Origin: Bacteroidota bacterium
GTDB taxonomy: Bacteria; Bacteroidota; Ignavibacteria; UBA10030; SZUA-254
Length of the DNA stretch: 64,000 nucleotides
Assembly: GCA_049515655.1 (NCBI GenBank)
Contig: JBEKTW010000015.1
Span: forward strand, 23,320 to 87,319
Direction: 5' to 3'
Shown here piece after piece: positions 59,998-64,000 of this stretch. Made by a program: the position numbers and the translations under genes. The notes under the pieces were generated by a model that was not told where the DNA came from, did not search any database, and worked only from the letters and a program-made list of their open reading frames with translations. Position 1 is the stretch's first letter. Every line of letters starts with the position of its first letter.

Positions 59998-60019
59998 ATA
60001 AATATAGAACAGGAAGTTG

Positions 60020-60535
60020 ATGAAAATGACCCCGTACAGTATAAAAAATATCCTTGTGACTACGGATTTGTCAGAGCTTTCTGCCGTTGCCTTCGAGCAC
60101 GCATTGACCCTCGCATTGCTGACAGGGGCGAAAGTTCATCTGATTCACGTCGTCGAGGATGCATCAAAACGTCCGTCGAAAACCTCTAAGAAGCGGACGG
60201 GAGCTTCGTATCGAATCCGCGAAGCAACCCTCAAGAGGAAAATGCAAGAGTTCCTGACGGAGCAAGGGATTGACCACAAGTCTCTCCGGCTGATCGTCCG
60301 GCGCGGTCACCCGCACCGCGAGGTCCTGCGCTACACGCGGGATGCAAAGATTGACCTTGTCATCATTGCAACCCACGGGCGCACCGGAGTCGCGCACATG
60401 TTGATGGGCAGCATCGCGGAGAAGATAGTTCGGCTTTCGCCCGTTCCGGTCCTTACGGTCAAACCCAAAGCGTTCGTCGACGAGCTCATCACGCAGGATG
60501 ATGTCGAGTGGGACTTGCACATTCACAACCCGTGA
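60020..60535 (+). CDS. Universal stress protein
   Basis: ILVTTDLS, DLVIIATHGRTG, GSIAEKIVR..PVLTV. Confidence 0.92.
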   Translation: MKMTPYSIKNILVTTDLSELSAVAFEHALTLALLTGAKVHLIHVVEDASKRPSKTSKKRTGASYRIREATLKRKMQEFLTEQGIDHKSLRLIVRRGHPHREVLRYTRDAKIDLVIIATHGRTGVAHMLMGSIAEKIVRLSPVPVLTVKPKAFVDELITQDDVEWDLHIHNP

Positions 60536-60560
60536 AGCATGAGAGTAAGGTCCAAAAAGA

Positions 60561-61097
60561 TTGAAACATAGCGAACAACATACAATCCGGCATACCACCG
60601 GAGACGTGCTCGACCCGATCGAAATCCTGACGAAGGAACACAATGAGTGCCTTCGACATCTGGCAAGGATGGAAAACGCGGCGGAGTATATCCAAACCAA
60701 CGGGTTTTCGCATGAGGCATATACTCAAATTGCCGCAACCATCAGATTCATCGATACCGTCATGCGGCAGCACGATGAGAAGGAAGAAAAATATGTCTTC
60801 TCGATGATGGACCGTCATGTCACCGGAGCACCACAGGTGATGCGGAATGAGCACCGGGAATTGTGGATTGCGTTCAAACAATTGATCCGGACAGTCGAAG
60901 ATATTGAGGAAGGGCGGCTGCACGGGACTTCGATCGTCGAGCTGGTCCAGTCTGCGGAGGCCGTTGTAGAGCATTTGACCAGTCACATTACAAAAGAAAA
61001 TGAGGTGGTCTTCCCCATGGCAAAACAAATGCTCACGAAAGAGGAGTATGATGAACTGCGTGCAAGCATGGCGAAGTTGCCCCCGCTGGTCTCGTAG
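60561..61097 (+). CDS. Hemerythrin/HHE-domain protein
   Basis: LTKEH, HDEKEE, MRNEH, HITKENEVVFP. Confidence 0.85.
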   Translation: MKHSEQHTIRHTTGDVLDPIEILTKEHNECLRHLARMENAAEYIQTNGFSHEAYTQIAATIRFIDTVMRQHDEKEEKYVFSMMDRHVTGAPQVMRNEHRELWIAFKQLIRTVEDIEEGRLHGTSIVELVQSAEAVVEHLTSHITKENEVVFPMAKQMLTKEEYDELRASMAKLPPLVS

Positions 61098-61187
61098 AGA
61101 AAAATGATTGCGTTTACCATGAAGAAGGAACATCGGCCGTGGATGGACAACGTCGCAAAGAACACGTATAACCATTGAGGAGAACAG

Positions 61188-62051
61188 GTGTACACAATTC
61201 TGGAAAAACAGGATCTGGCGCCGACACTCGGTAAGTTTGTGATTGAAGCTCCCTTCATCGCGCGGAAACGCAAAGCGGGGAACTTTGTCATCATTCGAGT
61301 GCTAGAAACAGGTGAGCGAATTCCCCTGACGATTGTTGACGGCGACCCGGAGAAGGGCACGATCACGCTCATCGTCCAGGGAATCGGAAAGACTACAAAG
61401 TTACTCTTGACCAAGAAAGCCGGAGACTCGCTGGTCGACGTGGTCGGCCCGCTTGGCAATCCCACCCCTATTGAGTATCACGGCGCTGTCGCATGCGTCG
61501 GCGGCGGAGTTGGGACGGCCGAGCTCTATCCAATTGCAAAAGCACTTAAGAAAGCTGGAAATAAACTCTATTCTATTGTTGGTGCCCGCTCCAAAGACCT
61601 AATTATCCTCGAAAATGAGATGTCTGCGATCTCCGACAATACTTTTGTTACCACCGATGACGGCTCGTACGGCCGGAAGGGGTTCGTAACCGACCAACTG
61701 AAGGACCTCCTTGAGTCGCCCGCGGGCATTTCGACGGTGTATGCCATCGGACCGCTTCCAATGATGAAAGCTGTTTCAAATCTCACGCGCAGCTATGGGA
61801 CGAAAACATATGTGAGTCTCAACGCCATTATGGTTGATGGAACCGGTATGTGCGGCGGGTGCAGGGTGACCGTTGACGGACAGATGAAGTTCGCCTGTGT
61901 AGATGGACCTGAGTTTGATGGTCATAAGGTTGATTTTGATGAACTCATCATGCGCAACAGAACGTACGTCGACCTCGAGCGCATTTCGGACACCGCATCT
62001 CACAACGAATCTATTGACTTGCATACGGGGATAATGTATGAATTACGTTAA
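61188..62051 (+). CDS. nfnA: NADH-dependent ferredoxin:NADP+ oxidoreductase small subunit (NfnA/SudB)
   Basis: GERIPLTI, GPLG, GGGVG, MVDGTGMCGGCR..CVDGPEF. Confidence 0.88.
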   Translation: MYTILEKQDLAPTLGKFVIEAPFIARKRKAGNFVIIRVLETGERIPLTIVDGDPEKGTITLIVQGIGKTTKLLLTKKAGDSLVDVVGPLGNPTPIEYHGAVACVGGGVGTAELYPIAKALKKAGNKLYSIVGARSKDLIILENEMSAISDNTFVTTDDGSYGRKGFVTDQLKDLLESPAGISTVYAIGPLPMMKAVSNLTRSYGTKTYVSLNAIMVDGTGMCGGCRVTVDGQMKFACVDGPEFDGHKVDFDELIMRNRTYVDLERISDTASHNESIDLHTGIMYELR

Positions 62052-63510
62052 TCCCCTTAAACCATCGGAGCGGATGAAAATTCCGCGTCAACTGTCTATC
62101 GAACAAGACGCGGCGGAACGGTCCAGGAATTTTCTCGAGGTCTCCATGGGATTGAACCAGGAGCGTGCAAGCGTCGAGGCCACCCGATGCCTGGAATGCA
62201 AAAACCCCGTCTGCGTCGAAGGATGTCCCGTCGGCATTGATATTCGAGGGTTCATTCAACTTGCCTTGAAGGGTGATTTTGTCGGGGCAGTGAACAAGAT
62301 CCGTGAGGCCAACTACCTCCCGGCAATCTGCGGACGTGTCTGCCCCCAGGAATCGCAGTGCGAGGAGATATGCACCTTGGGGAAGAAGCATTCTCCCGTT
62401 GCAATTGGAAAGCTCGAACGTTTTGTCGCCGACTACGAAATGCAGCATAACCTTTTTCGATCCCCAACGATAGCGAGACAGCGGGACCAGAAGGTCGCGA
62501 TTGTCGGTTCGGGACCCGGCGGACTCACCTGCGCGGCGGAGCTTGCCAAGCTCGGCTATAAAGTGACAGTCTTTGAAGCGCTGCACGCGGTTGGCGGTGT
62601 GCTCCGATACGGCATTCCGGAGTTCCGGTTGCCGCGGGCAATCCTCGACCTCGAGACCGACCGCATCAAAAACCTGGGTGTGGAAATATACACGAACTTT
62701 GTCGTAGGCCGGACAGCCACGATAGATGAATTGTTCAACGAGTGGGGTTTCAGCGCGATCTACCTCGGAACGGGCGCGGGAACACCGACATTCATGGGCA
62801 TCCCCGGAGAGAGTTTAAGCGGAGTCTACTCGGCAAATGAATACCTCACGAGGGTGAACCTTATGCGAGCGTACGATTTTCCTCATTACGATACGCCCAT
62901 CAAAATCGGCAAGCAGGTGGCCGTCATCGGCGGTGGCAACACCGCAATGGATGCCGTGCGAACATCGCGCCGGCTCGGGGCGGAACACGCCTATCTCATC
63001 TACCGGCGGTCACGCCAGGAAATGCCCGCGCGAGAGGAAGAAATCCATCACGCGGAAGAAGAAGGCGTCGAGTTTATGCTGCTGACGAACCCCGTGAGAA
63101 TTCTGAGCGATAATAATAACTGGGTTCGCGGAATTGAATGCCAGAGAATGGAATTGGGTGAGCCCGATGAATCGGGACGCCGCAAACCGATCGCGATCAA
63201 AGGATCGGAGTTTGTCATTCCCTTGCAAACGGTTGTCGAGGCGGTGGGACAGAAAGCCAACCCCATCATCCAGGCGACCACGCCGGGATTGGAGACGAGC
63301 AAGCGCGGAACGGTTGTCGTCAACGAGGAACAGCGCACGAGTCGCGAAGGAATATTTGCGGGAGGAGATCTCTCGCGCGGCGGTGCAACGGTGATACTTG
63401 CCATGCGGGACGGCAAACAGGCCGCGGCTGCAATGCATAAGTACCTTCTCACCAGGTCCGGACAGGCTTCTCTCGTCAAGGACGTGGAAGAAGTATCCGT
63501 TCCGTCTTGA
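62038..63510 (+). CDS. nfnB: NADH-dependent ferredoxin:NADP+ oxidoreductase large subunit (NfnB/SudA, GltD-like)
   Basis: RCLEC..CVEGCP, CGRVCPQE.QCE, GSGPGG, YGIPEFRLP, GGGNTAMD; overlaps nfnA; no gltB nearby. Confidence 0.88.
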   Translation: MNYVNPLKPSERMKIPRQLSIEQDAAERSRNFLEVSMGLNQERASVEATRCLECKNPVCVEGCPVGIDIRGFIQLALKGDFVGAVNKIREANYLPAICGRVCPQESQCEEICTLGKKHSPVAIGKLERFVADYEMQHNLFRSPTIARQRDQKVAIVGSGPGGLTCAAELAKLGYKVTVFEALHAVGGVLRYGIPEFRLPRAILDLETDRIKNLGVEIYTNFVVGRTATIDELFNEWGFSAIYLGTGAGTPTFMGIPGESLSGVYSANEYLTRVNLMRAYDFPHYDTPIKIGKQVAVIGGGNTAMDAVRTSRRLGAEHAYLIYRRSRQEMPAREEEIHHAEEEGVEFMLLTNPVRILSDNNNWVRGIECQRMELGEPDESGRRKPIAIKGSEFVIPLQTVVEAVGQKANPIIQATTPGLETSKRGTVVVNEEQRTSREGIFAGGDLSRGGATVILAMRDGKQAAAAMHKYLLTRSGQASLVKDVEEVSVPS

Positions 63511-64000
63511 ATGAGCGCTCCGTTCAGCATTGTCGTTCTGAATCCGGGGTCAACTTCAACAAAGGTTGCCCTATTCCACGACGACCATGCTGTGCGCGCG
63601 GACACGATCGCCCACGGAGTCGGTGACCTTCGGCGGTTCTCGACGGTGTGGGAACAGTATGCCTACCGGCTGCAACTCTGCAAACAATGGACGAAAGAAA
63701 ATGTCAAAGAGTGTTCCGCCGTCGTGGGCATGGGGGGGTTGCTGCGATCGGTGGAAGGCGGAGTCTATCGCGTTAATCAAACAATGCTGAGAGACGCCCG
63801 CGCGAATCTCCAGGGTGAACATGCTTCCAATCTGGGATGCGCCCTCGCCCACGATCTTGCGTCCCGGTATCGGGTTCCCGCCTATGTCGTTGACCCGGTG
63901 TCGGTTGACGAATTTGAATCCCTCGCCCGCTATTCCGGGCATCCTCTCATCGAGCGTCGAAGCCTATCCCACGTGTTGAATATTCACGCCGCAGCGCGGA
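63511..64000 (+). CDS. buk: Butyrate kinase (partial, runs off window)
   Basis: VLNPGSTSTK, GGLL, HASNLG, VVDPVSVDE, SHVLN; not in ORF track because unterminated. Confidence 0.9.
   Translation, partial: MSAPFSIVVLNPGSTSTKVALFHDDHAVRADTIAHGVGDLRRFSTVWEQYAYRLQLCKQWTKENVKECSAVVGMGGLLRSVEGGVYRVNQTMLRDARANLQGEHASNLGCALAHDLASRYRVPAYVVDPVSVDEFESLARYSGHPLIERRSLSHVLNIHAAAR

Noticed and set aside
62038-63510. Glutamate synthase small subunit gltD
   Set aside because: No gltB, and it is paired with an NfnA-like gene, so NfnB is the better call

Overview
A ~53% GC bacterial chromosomal window, most likely Ignavibacteria or a related FCB-group lineage (inference from T9SS-type C-terminal sorting domains QNYPNPFNP..GIYLYK, CxxxY-type CcmE, and sigma70-like TTG-N20-TAyATT promoters). 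1-19 kb is mostly housekeeping: beta-CASP nuclease, Csp, nitrilase, GT4, DegT aminotransferase, priA, a heterodimeric ABC exporter interrupted by a four-helix-bundle cassette, DUF4139 and a GH38 mannosidase. 19-54 kb is a ~35 kb respiratory island with about 85 heme-c motifs counted by eye (81 CxxCH plus 4 atypical). It appears to encode a complete extracellular electron-transfer chain: two CbcL-like multiheme-c/cytochrome-b modules, an ImcH-like heptaheme, a Rieske/cytochrome b complex with an 11-heme partner, a periplasmic tetraheme, a porin/12-heme/lipoprotein-cytochrome conduit, and a 9-heme cytochrome carrying a T9SS sorting domain. It also holds ccmF/D/E, EtfBA/acyl-CoA dehydrogenase and two sigma54 two-component systems, one with a heme-c sensor. 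Sigma54 promoters and two families of candidate enhancer motifs are visible. 54-60 kb is a LeuB-like/HMG-CoA-lyase/CoA-transferase III/LeuCD cluster with no Claisen synthase. 60-64 kb holds USP, a hemerythrin-domain protein, NfnAB and butyrate kinase. No rRNA, tRNA, CRISPR array or transposase was seen. All calls come from motif reading, not database searches.
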